Source: an uncultured Spirochaetota bacterium
GTDB lineage: Bacteria; Spirochaetota; Spirochaetia; SZUA-6; Fen-1364
Assembly: GCA_963745235.1 (NCBI GenBank)
Contig: CAVUXE010000037.1
Span: 64,001 to 128,000 of the forward strand
Reading direction: 5' to 3'
Length of the DNA stretch: 64,000 bases
Shown here: positions 21,195 through 30,348 of the stretch, piece after piece
Layout of the letters: each line of letters begins with the position of its first letter
Position numbering within the stretch: the stretch's first letter is position 1
Notes under the pieces: model-generated
Database searches by the model: none
What the model saw: the letters and a program-made list of their open reading frames with translations, nothing else
Told to the model about the DNA's origin: nothing
Position numbers and translations under genes: made by a program

Positions 21195-21711
21195 GGCGAG
21201 CGAGCTTTTCGACCGCACGGGCATGTTCTACAAGAAGTTCCCCAGCGACTTCCGGCAGATCCGCTACTTCACCCTCCTGATTCTCCAGAAGGCCCCGCCG
21301 GAGATGAAGGAAATCAACCTCCTGGAGCAGCAGATCAGCGAGCTGATCAAGAATGCCGTGAAGCACGGCAACCGCAAGGACCCCGGCAAGAGTGTCCACG
21401 TGTGGTCCGCGTTCGACGAGTCGAGCGCCCGGGTCATCGTGCAGGACGAGGGGGAGGGCTTCCGGAGACTGGAGGAATGGAACGAGTTCAACCGGAGGCG
21501 AAATGACTGCTTCCGGCGCCAGGATTTCGAGGAGATGGCGCAGTTCGTCTCCTACGTCACCCCGGACAGTGATGATCATGACGGCGGCAACGCCCTGTTC
21601 GCCGCCGTGGAGTACTGGGACGCGGGGCTGGTCTTCAATGAGAAGAAGAACTGCGTGGCCGCCGCGAAGCGCTTTCCCCACAAAAGGCATGGGATTGCTC
21701 TGGCGTCCTGA
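21163..21711 (+). CDS. RsbW-like HATPase serine kinase / anti-sigma factor
   Basis: SELIKNAVKHGN (N box), VQDEGEGF (G1), DGGNAL (G2-like). Confidence 0.85.
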   Translation: MEEMRAILVDEASELFDRTGMFYKKFPSDFRQIRYFTLLILQKAPPEMKEINLLEQQISELIKNAVKHGNRKDPGKSVHVWSAFDESSARVIVQDEGEGFRRLEEWNEFNRRRNDCFRRQDFEEMAQFVSYVTPDSDDHDGGNALFAAVEYWDAGLVFNEKKNCVAAAKRFPHKRHGIALAS

Positions 21712-21720
21712 GGAGGCCGC

Positions 21721-22884
21721 GTGAGGGCACGCAGGTCGCCCGTCATCGAGCTTCCTCTCAAGATCACGTTGACAACGGCTGGGGTGGAGTGGTTCATCCG
21801 CAACAAGCGCCAGCTGAAGCAGCTGCGCATGGCGGACAGCCGCCTTGAGTACGGGATCTCCGTGGCCATGATGTCCGCCGCGGCCCTCCAGAAGATGATC
21901 AACATCGACTACATCGCCTCGGTGGAGCTCGCGCGCTCGGAGTTCTACTCGAAACGCTCGGAGATCATCGACCTCACCAAGCTGATCGTCCACAGGATCC
22001 TCTTCAAGAAGTTCGAGAACGAGACCTCGCGGATGTTCATGGCCTCGGCCCTGATCAAGAAGTGGAACCGGCAGAACCCGGGGCGCTGCATAGATGAGAA
22101 CACGGCCTACAACCAGGGGCAGGTGGACACCCTGTTTGCCGGCATTGCCTCCGAGATCCCGCTGGTGTCCATGGACATCCAGGAGCCCCTGATGCGGAGG
22201 TACGCCGCCAACGCGGCGTTGAGCGATGAGGATCGCACGCTGCGCGCCTACCTCGCTGACGGGTTTGTCGTCAACGCATCCAAGCTCCTCTGGTGCATCC
22301 TCGCCAAATCGCGCGGCCAGCCCGAGTATGACGGGCTGATAGGCGAGCTGAGGGAAACCCTCGCGGGCTACGTGGAGAAGGCAGCCATTTCGGGGAACCT
22401 CGCGCTCATGGTGGTGGAGCTCCTGGGCTACACCGAGGTGAGCCACTACCGGCAGGTGACCGACCGTCTCCTCAAGGGACGCAAGACCGGTGATGCGCTG
22501 ATGACCGACGAGCGCATGCGCAGCGAGGTGCGCCGCCGCATGGAGGCGGAGGGCGACCTGCTCTCCCTGACGTTCCAGCTGGGAAGCAAGGGGGCCTCCA
22601 TCGGGACGGAGTACCGGCTGCGGGTGAGCATCTGCAACCAGGAGAAGAGCTTCCGCCGGCTGAACGAGCAGCTGGAGTCACGGCTCGGGATGGATGTGAA
22701 GGAGCACTCCCTGCTGGACTTCTATCGGCGCATCCCCGAGCAGCAGATCAACACCGAGCTGGGGCTGTACTACCTCTCTTACCTGCAAAAGGCCTGCGAG
22801 AAGCAGAACATCCGCATCGAGAGCACGGTCAACGTGATCCCGCGCAGCGACCTCACGCTGATCAACCTGACACTGGGGTTCTGA
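21721..22884 (+). CDS. hypothetical 387-aa soluble protein with a possible degenerate C-terminal HATPase fold
   Basis: GAGGAGG RBS and normal codon usage; last gene of the partner-switching operon. Confidence 0.75.
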   Translation: MRARRSPVIELPLKITLTTAGVEWFIRNKRQLKQLRMADSRLEYGISVAMMSAAALQKMINIDYIASVELARSEFYSKRSEIIDLTKLIVHRILFKKFENETSRMFMASALIKKWNRQNPGRCIDENTAYNQGQVDTLFAGIASEIPLVSMDIQEPLMRRYAANAALSDEDRTLRAYLADGFVVNASKLLWCILAKSRGQPEYDGLIGELRETLAGYVEKAAISGNLALMVVELLGYTEVSHYRQVTDRLLKGRKTGDALMTDERMRSEVRRRMEAEGDLLSLTFQLGSKGASIGTEYRLRVSICNQEKSFRRLNEQLESRLGMDVKEHSLLDFYRRIPEQQINTELGLYYLSYLQKACEKQNIRIESTVNVIPRSDLTLINLTLGF

Positions 22885-22912
22885 GGCCCGCGTCGCGGAG
22901 CCCGCCCGGCTG

Positions 22913-24709
22913 TCAGCGGGCTTCTATCTCTTCCACTCCCTGCCAGTCCGCCGGCGCGCCGAGGGCAACCAGGTTTTCGCAGCGCCTCTGGTAGATGCTG
23001 AGGATCTTGTCATCAGTGTTCGCGGCCCTGAGCCGCACCACGATTTCCCGGGAGTCCTCGAAGTGTCGGCCGAAATACAGCCGCAGCGCGCGGGCAAGCT
23101 CATCCTTGTACGAGGCGCGCTGCCGGGCCTGGTCCTCGCTCTCCCCATCCAGGATCTCGAACAGGAGGATGGCCTCCTGCCTTCCCCGCACGCGCACCCG
23201 GTCGATGAACCGGTAGGAGAACCTGCGCGGATCCGTGAGAGCCCTCAGGGTCTGGCCGGTGGTCAGGATGGACGACCCGTACACCCGGGTGAGCGTCTGC
23301 ACCCGGGAGCACAGGTTCACCGCGTCGGCGATCACCGAGCCGTCCATGCGCTGGTGCTCTCCGACGGTCCCCAGCATCAGCTTCCCCGCGTTCACCCCGA
23401 CGCCGATCCCGATGGGCCCGTACCCGCTTTTCGCGCGGTCCGCGTTGTAGCTGACGAGCTTCTTCTGCATGGCAACGGCCGCCGCGAGCGCGTCGTCGGG
23501 CTTGTGTGGAAACAGGGCCATGATCTCGTCCCCGATGTACTTGTCGATGAAACCGCCGTTGGCCCGGATCTCCGGACCCATGCGCCGCAGGTACGAGTTG
23601 ATGAAGTTGAAGTTCTCTTCGGGCGTCATGGACTCGGAGAGCGTCGTGAAAGACCTGATGTCGGAGAACAGCACCGTCATGTCTTTCTGCGTCTGGTCTC
23701 CGAGCTTCACGTCCAGGATGCTTCCTTTTTCGAGGAGCCGGAGGAACTCGTGGGGCACGAACTTGCCGTAGGCTTCCAGGAACGCGGCCTGGCGAGCGCT
23801 GAACTCCTGGATGGTCTCCGCCATGTGGTTGAAGCTGATGCTGAGCCTGCCCACCTCGTCACGGGAACGCACGTTGGAGCGAACATTCATGTTGTCCTTG
23901 TCGAACGTGCGCACCACCTTGTCCAGCGTGATGATGCCGTGGGTGAAGAGCGTTCCCAGGAGGATGGAGCTTGCCACCGTCAGCGCCAGGGCGGCGGCAA
24001 CCACGGCAAGCGCGATGGTCGTTGCGCTGGAGACGATGGCGCGCACGTCCGTGTCCACCATGTCCATGGCCAGCACGCCCACGAAAGTCCCGTTTCGAGC
24101 GAACACGGGGGCATAGCCGGTAATCGAGTTGACCTTGAAGTCCGGGTCCCACGACCAGGAGTCCTCCACCAGCGGCACCTGTGACGCGAGCGCCCGCTCC
24201 GCAACCGGATATTGCGAGATATCGAAGACGGAAGAGAAGTGAGAGATGTCCTCCGTCTTCTCCCCGGCCGCCTGCCGCGCCTTGTCGCGAAGCACGTCAC
24301 CGTCGACGATATACAGGGCCGTCTTGGGATCATCCGTCGGAGCGAAGGTGTAGATGTAGCGCACGAGCTTGCTCTCCACCCCGCGGACCCGGTTCAACTG
24401 GTCCGAGACGATGCGGAAGTCGGCGGAGCTCTCGATGCGGTCCGTCACGTCTGAGGGAAGATCCCTGGCGATCCGGGCGCGCAATCGCGCCAGGGCCTCC
24501 GTGTCCACGACGTTCGTCCCCACGCGGGCAAGGTCAAGGACCCTTCCCTGCATCTGGCGCAGGAGGCCGGCGTTCAGGATGCTGTAGACGCTCACCGAGA
24601 GCAGGCCGCTCACCGCCATCCCGACGATGAGGAACGTGAGAATGATCTTCAGCCGAAGGCTGAAATTGACGCGCACGGTCTGGACCGTCCCGCCGCCATC
24701 ATCCGGCAT
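22913..24709 (-). CDS. membrane class III adenylate cyclase (sensor-HAMP-cyclase)
   Basis: Two TMs, HAMP (DEVGRLSISFNHM), FSDIRSFT, DKYIGDEIMALF, DAVNLCSR. Confidence 0.92.
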   Translation of the reverse strand: MPDDGGGTVQTVRVNFSLRLKIILTFLIVGMAVSGLLSVSVYSILNAGLLRQMQGRVLDLARVGTNVVDTEALARLRARIARDLPSDVTDRIESSADFRIVSDQLNRVRGVESKLVRYIYTFAPTDDPKTALYIVDGDVLRDKARQAAGEKTEDISHFSSVFDISQYPVAERALASQVPLVEDSWSWDPDFKVNSITGYAPVFARNGTFVGVLAMDMVDTDVRAIVSSATTIALAVVAAALALTVASSILLGTLFTHGIITLDKVVRTFDKDNMNVRSNVRSRDEVGRLSISFNHMAETIQEFSARQAAFLEAYGKFVPHEFLRLLEKGSILDVKLGDQTQKDMTVLFSDIRSFTTLSESMTPEENFNFINSYLRRMGPEIRANGGFIDKYIGDEIMALFPHKPDDALAAAVAMQKKLVSYNADRAKSGYGPIGIGVGVNAGKLMLGTVGEHQRMDGSVIADAVNLCSRVQTLTRVYGSSILTTGQTLRALTDPRRFSYRFIDRVRVRGRQEAILLFEILDGESEDQARQRASYKDELARALRLYFGRHFEDSREIVVRLRAANTDDKILSIYQRRCENLVALGAPADWQGVEEIEAR

Positions 24710-25346
24710 CCCTCAGCCTCCTCACCGGCAGTCCCCAGTCCCGAGCCAGCTCGAAAGCCGCTTCCTCCGCGGACCGAAAGACGAGGGCGGGGATCCCGAC
24801 TGCCCGGGCCCCCGCGGCATTTTCCGGGACATCATCGAGGAAGACGCACTCCTCGGGCGACGCGCCGAGCTTTTCCAGGCACAGCCGGTATATTGCAGGG
24901 TCCGGCTTGACCAGGAAATGCTCGCAGGAGAATACGGCGACGTCGAAATCCTTGATCCACCGGAACTGCCCGTCCGCCCGCATGAAGGCGAGCTTCTCCG
25001 AGGGCATGTTGGAAAGGATAGCCGTGCGATACCCAGCCTCGCGAAGCTCGTACGACCAGTCCACGACCCGTTGATTGACCCGCGACCACCCCAGGGCATC
25101 CTCACGCTCGATGCGGCCAAGCAGGTCCGGCGTCGCCTCCACTCCGCCCGCGACGAAAAGGCGGCGCCAGTACTCATCCGTGTCCAGCGTGCCCCTGTCC
25201 AGCTCAATCCTGTCCCGCCGGTAGGCGGCGTGAAACTCCGCGGGTGAGAGATGCGTGAGGCTCATCATGGCGGCTTCCCTCTCGGGGTCCAGAGGCAGCC
25301 CGAGCACCCCGCCGAAGTCGAAAATCACCGTTGTGAGAGGTGTCAT
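24699..25346 (-). CDS. HAD-family phosphatase
   Basis: IFDFGGVL, ILSN, KPDPAIY, FLDDVPEN. Confidence 0.9.
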   Translation of the reverse strand: MTPLTTVIFDFGGVLGLPLDPEREAAMMSLTHLSPAEFHAAYRRDRIELDRGTLDTDEYWRRLFVAGGVEATPDLLGRIEREDALGWSRVNQRVVDWSYELREAGYRTAILSNMPSEKLAFMRADGQFRWIKDFDVAVFSCEHFLVKPDPAIYRLCLEKLGASPEECVFLDDVPENAAGARAVGIPALVFRSAEEAAFELARDWGLPVRRLRDAG

Positions 25347-25693
25347 CAGACCGCGTATTCCGGCCTCATGGGCGCAAAGCACTCGATGACCTCGCTGTCC
25401 TCCAGGACCTCCGCGCCGTGCTTCTCCCGAGGGGCAAAGCAATAGCCGGTCCCCGCTTCAGCGACGAACTCTTCCCCTGCCTCACGGATCATTCGAAGCT
25501 TGCCGCGAATGACATACCCGTTCTGGGCGGCATCATGACTGTGCAGGGGAACGACCGCGCTCTGTTTCATGGTGTAATGACAGACCATGATCTGGTCGTT
25601 GTACGCGAGTGTGGCGCGCACGATTCCCGCCGGATTCTCGACAAGGGGGGAATCTCCCGCGCGGGCAACACGACGTGGTGTGTGCTGTGGCAT
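25346..25693 (-). CDS. cupin-domain protein
   Basis: VPLHSH..AQNGYVIRG, EKHGA, ECFAPMRPEY. Confidence 0.85.
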   Translation of the reverse strand: MPQHTPRRVARAGDSPLVENPAGIVRATLAYNDQIMVCHYTMKQSAVVPLHSHDAAQNGYVIRGKLRMIREAGEEFVAEAGTGYCFAPREKHGAEVLEDSEVIECFAPMRPEYAV

Positions 25694-25699
25694 TCCGGG

Positions 25700-25728
25700 A
25701 TCATAGCGTCCCCCGGCCATTCGTTCAA
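25700..25728 (-). promoter_or_regulatory. promoter TTGAAC-17-TATGAT, 6 nt before the cupin ATG (leaderless candidate)
   Basis: Near-consensus hexamers; no SD sequence. Confidence 0.6.
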
Positions 25729-25813
25729 TCCTAGCGGAGAATTAGCGGGATTGGGCAGAAGCTTAACGCCATCCCCATAGCCCCGGGGCGGCTGGACGGA
25801 CTACTGTGGATGC

Positions 25814-25903
25814 ATGAACGCTCAATTGATCATTGCAGGAATCATTGGAATCTTCCTTCTCTTCTACCTCATCTATTCCATCGCGCGTCCGGACAAGTTC
25901 TAG
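25814..25903 (+). CDS. kdpF: K+-transporting ATPase subunit F (29 aa, absent from the ORF track)
   Basis: MNAQLIIAGIIGIFLLFYLIYSIARPDKF*, with the typical YL...PxKF end, directly before kdpA. Confidence 0.9.
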   Translation: MNAQLIIAGIIGIFLLFYLIYSIARPDKF

Positions 25904-25912
25904 GAGACAGCA

Positions 25913-27631
25913 ATGAGCACGACAAACTGGATCCAGCTCATCGTGTACCTCGGGATTCTCTTTGCCCTGGCGCCCTTCCTGGGCAAGTTCATGGCCCGTG
26001 TCTACGGGGACGAGAAACACATTCTCTCTTTCCTCAAGCCGCTGGAGAAGGGAATCTATCGGATCTCGGGGATCGATTCGAGCCAGGAGATGAACTGGAA
26101 GCAGTACGCCGCGGCGCTGCTTGCGCTGAACGTCCTGGGCTTCCTGTTCCTCTCCCTGCTCCTGGTGACCCAGAAATGGCTGCCGCTGAACCCCGCAAAG
26201 ATCGACAACATGTCCTGGCACCTGGCGCTGAACACCGCGGTCAGCTTCATGACGAACACGAACTGGCAGAACTACGGCGGGGAGAATGCCGCCAGCTACC
26301 TCTCCCAGATGGCGGGGCTGGCAGTGCAGAACTTCCTGAGCGCCGCCACGGGCATGGCGGCCCTCCTGGTCCTCGTCCGAGGGATCGCAAACAGGCCGAA
26401 AAACGGCACCACCAGGCTGGCAATGGACAATGTTCAGCTTGGCAACTTCTGGGTCGACCTGACTCGCTCGACTCTGTACATCCTCCTGCCCCTGTCGCTG
26501 ATTCTCGCCGTCCTGCTCATGTCGCAGGGAGTCATCCAGACCTTTGCCGGCCCGGTCCATGCGGTGACCCTGGAAGGGAAGGACCAGGTCATCCCCCTGG
26601 GGCCTGCCGCCTCGCAGATTGCGATCAAGCAGCTGGGAACGAATGGCGGAGGTTTCTTCAACGCGAACTCGGCGCATCCTTTCGAGAATCCAACGCCGCT
26701 CACCAACTTGTTCGAGATGCTCGCGATCCTCCTCATCCCCGTGGCGACCCCCTTCGCGTACGGGCGGATGGTGAGGGACAGGAGCCAGGGATACTCGCTG
26801 TTTGCGGCCAAGACCGTTCTCTTCGCCATCGGGCTGATCGTGATCCTGTTTGCCGAATACGGCTTCAACGGCATGACGGGAGGGCACGGTACCATGGAGG
26901 GAAGGGAAACGCGATTCGGTATTGCGGGAAGCGCAATGTGGGCCGAAGCCACCACGGTGACCTCCAACGGATCGGTGAACTCCATGCATGACAGCTTCTC
27001 GCCCCTCGGCGGGATGGTCCCGCTCACGAATATCCTGCTCGGCGAGATCATCTACGGCGGCGTGGGCTGCGGCATGTACGGGATGCTGGTCTTCCTGTTC
27101 GTCACGGTGTTCATCGCCGGGCTGATGGTGGGCAGAACGCCGGAGTACATGGGAAAGAAGATCGAGTCGCGCGAAATGCAGCTGTCGGTCCTCGCAATCA
27201 TCGGGCAGACCTGCACCGTCCTTTTCCTGGCCGCAGCCGGGGTTGCCACGAAGGCGGGTCTCTCCGGCCTCAACAACCAGGGACCGCACGGGTTGACGGA
27301 AATCCTGTACGTGTTCGGCTCCAGCGTCGGGAACAACGGCAGCGCCTTTGCCGGCCTGAACGGCAACACGATCTTCTACAATACCCTGGGAGCGTTCGCG
27401 ATGCTCGTGGGCAGGTTCGTGCTCGTGATCCCGGTCTTCGCAATCTCGGGAAGCCTGGGCGCCAAGACTCCCATCCCCGCCAGCGTCGGGACATTTGCGA
27501 CCAACAACACGATCTTCGTGGTCCTGCTCGTGATCACCATCATCATCATAGCAGGGTTGAACTTCTTCCCCGCCCTGACCCTCGGGCCGATCGTTGAGCA
27601 CTTCCTGGCCCTCAAGGGCATGGTCTTCTAG
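25913..27631 (+). CDS. kdpA: K+-transporting ATPase subunit A
   Basis: [32 protein letters not shown]. Confidence 0.97.
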   Translation: MSTTNWIQLIVYLGILFALAPFLGKFMARVYGDEKHILSFLKPLEKGIYRISGIDSSQEMNWKQYAAALLALNVLGFLFLSLLLVTQKWLPLNPAKIDNMSWHLALNTAVSFMTNTNWQNYGGENAASYLSQMAGLAVQNFLSAATGMAALLVLVRGIANRPKNGTTRLAMDNVQLGNFWVDLTRSTLYILLPLSLILAVLLMSQGVIQTFAGPVHAVTLEGKDQVIPLGPAASQIAIKQLGTNGGGFFNANSAHPFENPTPLTNLFEMLAILLIPVATPFAYGRMVRDRSQGYSLFAAKTVLFAIGLIVILFAEYGFNGMTGGHGTMEGRETRFGIAGSAMWAEATTVTSNGSVNSMHDSFSPLGGMVPLTNILLGEIIYGGVGCGMYGMLVFLFVTVFIAGLMVGRTPEYMGKKIESREMQLSVLAIIGQTCTVLFLAAAGVATKAGLSGLNNQGPHGLTEILYVFGSSVGNNGSAFAGLNGNTIFYNTLGAFAMLVGRFVLVIPVFAISGSLGAKTPIPASVGTFATNNTIFVVLLVITIIIIAGLNFFPALTLGPIVEHFLALKGMVF

Positions 27632-27642
27632 AGGACACGCAC

Positions 27643-29718
27643 ATGAGACAGGAAATTCGTCTTTCAAGCCTTCCCGTCCTGGCCCGCGCCACGGGAATGG
27701 CTTTCCGGAAGCTCGACCCCCGGGGGGAGATCAGGAACCCGGTCATGTTCATGGTCTGGATCGGCTCCGTCTTCATCTCCCTCGTGTTCATCCTCGACGC
27801 ATTCCGAGGCCTGTACAACGGCTTCAACCTCCAGATCGCCATCTGGCTGTGGTTCACGGTCCTGTTCGCGAACTTCTCCGAATCCCTGGCCGAGATCCAG
27901 GGAAAGGCGCGGGCGGACTCGCTTCGGGCCATGCGCACAAAGACCATTGCCCGCCGGCTCCTGAACGGCAGCGGCCGGGAGGAGAAGGTCCCCTCCATCG
28001 AGCTGCGCCTCGGAGACCGCGTGGTGTGCGAGACCGGGGACACCATCCCCGGAGACGGGGAGGTGGTGGAGGGGATCGCGAGCGTCGACGAGTCCGCGAT
28101 AACGGGAGAATCCGCTCCGGTCATACGGGAGTCCGGCGGCGACCGCAGCGCCGTCACGGGAGGGACGAAGGTCATCAGCGACCGCATCGTCGTGAGGATC
28201 ACCGCGGAGCAAGGCAAGACCTTCGTGGACAGGTTGATCGGGCTGGTTGAAAACGCGACGCGGCAGAAAACACCCGGAGAGATAGCGCTCCTCATTCTCC
28301 TCTCCGCCTTTTCCATCATCTTCCTGGCGGCGGTCGGGACCCTGTGGTTCTTTTCCGATTACAGCGCAAAACAATCCGGCAGCACCGTCTTCATTACAAC
28401 GGCTGTCCTCTTCGCCCTCCTGGTCTGCCTGATCCCGACGACAATCGGCGGGCTCCTCTCCGCCATCGGCATCTCCAGCGTCAGCCGGCTCATCAAGAAG
28501 AACGTGCTCGCCCTCAGCGGCCGCGCGGTTGATGCCGCCGGCGACATCGACGTGATGCTCCTGGACAAGACGGGCACCGTGACGATGGGAAACCGGATGG
28601 CCTCTTCCTTTTTCCCGGCCAAGGGAGTGACGCAGGCCGCGGTGGCGGAAGCGGCCCTCCTTGCCTCGCTCGCGGATGAGACGCCCGAGGGCAGGTCAAT
28701 CGTCAACCTGGCCAGGCGTGATTACGCGGTGAAGGCCGCGAGCGTGCAGGAAATCGGAGGACGGTTCGTCCCGTTCTCCGCAAAGACGCGCATGAGCGGG
28801 CTGGACTTCGAGGATGAGCGCAGGCACATCAGGAAGGGCGCCGCGGAGGCCGTCAAGGAATGGGTGCTTGCCGCGGGCGGCAGATTCCCGCCGGAAGTGG
28901 ACACCGAGGTGAAGAGGATTTCCGCGGAGGGAGGGACGCCGCTGGTCGTTGCCCGCGGCAGCGAGGTCCTCGGGGCAGTCTACCTCAAGGACGTGGTCAA
29001 GGGCGGCATCAAGGACCGCCTGTCTCACCTGCGGCAGATGGGGATCCGCTCCATCATGATCACGGGAGACAACCCCCTGACTGCGGCCACTATCGCCGCG
29101 GAAGCGGGAGTGGACGACTTCATTGCGGAGGCCACTCCGCAAGCCAAGCTGGAGCGCATCCGCGCGGAGCAGAAGAACGGCCACCTGGTGGCCATGATCG
29201 GGGACGGCACGAACGACGCCCCTGCCCTCGCCCAGGCCGACGTGGGAGTGGCGATGAGCTCGGGCACGCAGGTGGCTCGCGAAGCGGGCAACATGGTGGA
29301 CCTGGACTCCAACCCGACCAAGCTCATCGACATCGTGGAGGTGGGCAAGGAGCAGCTGATCACCCGCGGGGCGCTCACGACGTTCAGCATCGCGAATGAC
29401 GTGGCGAAGTTCTTCGCCATCCTGCCCGCCATGTTCGTTACGCTGTACGCCGCGAAAGGCGCAGTCGGACCGCTGTGGGCGTTGAACGTCATGCGGCTGG
29501 CCTCTCCGCAAAGCGCCGTGCTCTCCGCGGTGATCTTCAACGCGCTCATCATCGTGGCGCTCATTCCCCTGGCTCTGCGCGGCGTGCGCTACCGGGCCAT
29601 CGGGGCGAACCGGATCCTGAGGCGAAACCTTCTCATCTACGGCCTGGGAGGGATCATCGCGCCGTTCATCGGGATCAAGGCGATCGACCTCCTGGTCCAC
29701 CTCATCGGCCTTGCGTGA
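27643..29718 (+). CDS. kdpB: K+-transporting ATPase subunit B
   Basis: [31 protein letters not shown]. Confidence 0.97.
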   Translation: MRQEIRLSSLPVLARATGMAFRKLDPRGEIRNPVMFMVWIGSVFISLVFILDAFRGLYNGFNLQIAIWLWFTVLFANFSESLAEIQGKARADSLRAMRTKTIARRLLNGSGREEKVPSIELRLGDRVVCETGDTIPGDGEVVEGIASVDESAITGESAPVIRESGGDRSAVTGGTKVISDRIVVRITAEQGKTFVDRLIGLVENATRQKTPGEIALLILLSAFSIIFLAAVGTLWFFSDYSAKQSGSTVFITTAVLFALLVCLIPTTIGGLLSAIGISSVSRLIKKNVLALSGRAVDAAGDIDVMLLDKTGTVTMGNRMASSFFPAKGVTQAAVAEAALLASLADETPEGRSIVNLARRDYAVKAASVQEIGGRFVPFSAKTRMSGLDFEDERRHIRKGAAEAVKEWVLAAGGRFPPEVDTEVKRISAEGGTPLVVARGSEVLGAVYLKDVVKGGIKDRLSHLRQMGIRSIMITGDNPLTAATIAAEAGVDDFIAEATPQAKLERIRAEQKNGHLVAMIGDGTNDAPALAQADVGVAMSSGTQVAREAGNMVDLDSNPTKLIDIVEVGKEQLITRGALTTFSIANDVAKFFAILPAMFVTLYAAKGAVGPLWALNVMRLASPQSAVLSAVIFNALIIVALIPLALRGVRYRAIGANRILRRNLLIYGLGGIIAPFIGIKAIDLLVHLIGLA

Positions 29719-29731
29719 CGGGAGGAATGAC

Positions 29732-30304
29732 ATGAAACCCATCAGGACGGCCATCATCGTGTTCGTGTTCTGGACCATCGTTGTCGGCGGGATCTATCCC
29801 CTGCTGATGACCGGGATCGGCAGCCGCGCTGTTCCCCAAGGAAGGCCCAGGGAAGCCTGGTCGCAAAAGACGGAAAAGTGGTCGGCTCGGCGCTGCTCGC
29901 GCAGGATTTTTCCACGCGACGTCTACTTCCATCCCCGGCCCTCGGCCGCGAAGTATGATCCCACCAACTCGGGAGCCAGCAACTGGGGCTGGACGAGCTC
30001 GGACTTGAAAAAGGCCTACGACCAGCGCAAGAGCGACTGGCAGAAAGCGTATGGTCCAGCGGAGCCCCCCATGGATATGATGTTCGCCTCTGCAAGCGGC
30101 CTTGACCCCGATATCAGCCCGACGGCCGCCGAGGCGCAGGTGAAGAGAGTCGCTTCCGCCCGGCAGCTGGGAACGGACAAGGAGGCGCAGCTCCTTTCCC
30201 TGGTGCGCTCATTCGAGGAGGGACCCCAGCTCGGCTTCCTGGGGGAACCGAGGGTCGACGTCCTGGCACTGAACCTTGCGGTGGACAAGCGGTTCCCTAA
30301 GTAG
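29732..30304 (+). CDS. kdpC: K+-transporting ATPase subunit C; compensating indels at about 29825-29920
   Basis: YFHPRPSA, SGASN, ASASGLDPDISP, GEPRVDVLALN; the GSALLAQ segment is in an alternate frame. Confidence 0.93.
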   Translation: MKPIRTAIIVFVFWTIVVGGIYPLLMTGIGSRAVPQGRPREAWSQKTEKWSARRCSRRIFPRDVYFHPRPSAAKYDPTNSGASNWGWTSSDLKKAYDQRKSDWQKAYGPAEPPMDMMFASASGLDPDISPTAAEAQVKRVASARQLGTDKEAQLLSLVRSFEEGPQLGFLGEPRVDVLALNLAVDKRFPK

Positions 30305-30348
30305 CCCGTCGGTGCGATACTCCTCCGTGATGCAGAGCGGAGCCCTGG

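Noticed and set aside
25729-25813. c-di-AMP (ydaO) riboswitch before kdp
   Set aside because: The region is too short and lacks the conserved motifs; kdpDE is present instead.
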